Source of the DNA: a bacterium
GTDB lineage: Bacteria; Sysuimicrobiota; Sysuimicrobiia; Sysuimicrobiales; Kaftiobacteriaceae
Reading direction: 5' to 3'
DNA length: 64,000 nucleotides
Assembly: GCA_036505015.1 (NCBI GenBank)
Contig: DASXUC010000053.1
Location: forward strand, 38,232-102,231
Shown: positions 63,901 through 64,000 of the stretch, piece by piece
Layout: each line of letters opens with the position of its first letter
Numbering within the stretch: position 1 is the stretch's first letter
Notes under the pieces: generated by a model
The model's database searches: none
What the model saw: the letters and a program-made list of their open reading frames with translations, nothing else
Told to the model about the DNA's origin: nothing
Translations under genes and position numbers: made by a program

Positions 63901-64000
63901 ATGATCCCGATTCTGGCGCTGCTGGTCACCTTTATCCCGGCGGTGCTGTGGCTGTGGTTCTTCTACAGCCGAGACCGGTATGAGCATGAACCGAAGCGGT
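63901..64000 (+). CDS. PrsW family intramembrane protease, 3' end cut by window edge
   Basis: RBS GAGGAGGG. MIPILALLVTFIPAVLWLWFFYSRDRYEHEPKR matches the N-terminus of the PrsW at 21169 (LAPVVFWLWYFQMRDRLHPEPRA). Confidence 0.65.
   Translation, partial: MIPILALLVTFIPAVLWLWFFYSRDRYEHEPKR

Noticed and set aside
1-64000. Search for tRNA, rRNA, transposase, integrase, phage or cas genes
   Set aside because: Nothing resembling these was seen in any frame or intergenic region by eye. No tool-based scan (tRNAscan, Infernal) could be run, so small ncRNAs may have been missed.

Overview
GC-rich bacterial chromosomal window with about 70 genes and strong GGAGG-type ribosome-binding sites. I saw no rRNA, tRNA, CRISPR array, transposase or integrase. 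All family calls rest on motifs read by eye and on recalled family signatures; nothing was computed or searched.

Layout:
- 1-4.6 kb: peptidase/asparaginase cluster.
- 4.7-6.6 kb: two decayed genes, a GNAT and a histidine acid phosphatase.
- 6.7-8.2 kb: a translationally coupled GNAT + ANT(4')-like nucleotidyltransferase pair.
- 8.3-10 kb: aldo/keto reductase, a CpxP-like protein and a Pro-rich micro-ORF.
- 10-15.6 kb: peptide ABC-uptake operon (no ATPase genes) with an M24 peptidase and an AstE/AspA-type deacylase.
- 15.7-22.3 kb: miscellaneous genes (SYLF, ferritin-like, FG-GAP, PCD, SDR, oxoamine synthase, PrsW).
- 22.5-28.5 kb: regulator-rich stretch. It holds a STAND NTPase with a C-terminal SARP module, csp, a small secreted peptide ORF next to an XRE-HTH/TPR regulator plus a LuxR HTH, and an NTase-HEPN-like fusion.
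- 28.5-42.8 kb: the most interesting block, a self-contained sigma-54 island.
- 43-53.3 kb: housekeeping genes (2-oxoacid dehydrogenase E1ab/E2, adenosine deaminase, sufC-sufB-sufD-Rieske-sufS).
- 53.3-62 kb: lipoprotein operon with a discoidin/PPC/double-vWA giant and two paralogous transglutaminase-like proteins whose nucleophile Cys is Ser.
- 62-64 kb: secreted protein, DUF350, unknown, PrsW operon.

The sigma-54 island contains rpoN, an NtrC-type activator, a polytopic GAF histidine kinase, three receiver proteins, an HD-GYP protein and a degenerate GGDEF protein. It also carries two tandem paralogous 49-50-aa secreted peptides and a four-gene chaperone/usher-like surface module. Seven near-identical -24/-12 promoters (GGCAY-N5-TTGCT) are visible directly in the sequence and tie the block together.

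A second recurring signal is a set of intergenic long imperfect hairpins built from tandem 7-9-nt repeats and their complements, mostly at operon 3' ends.
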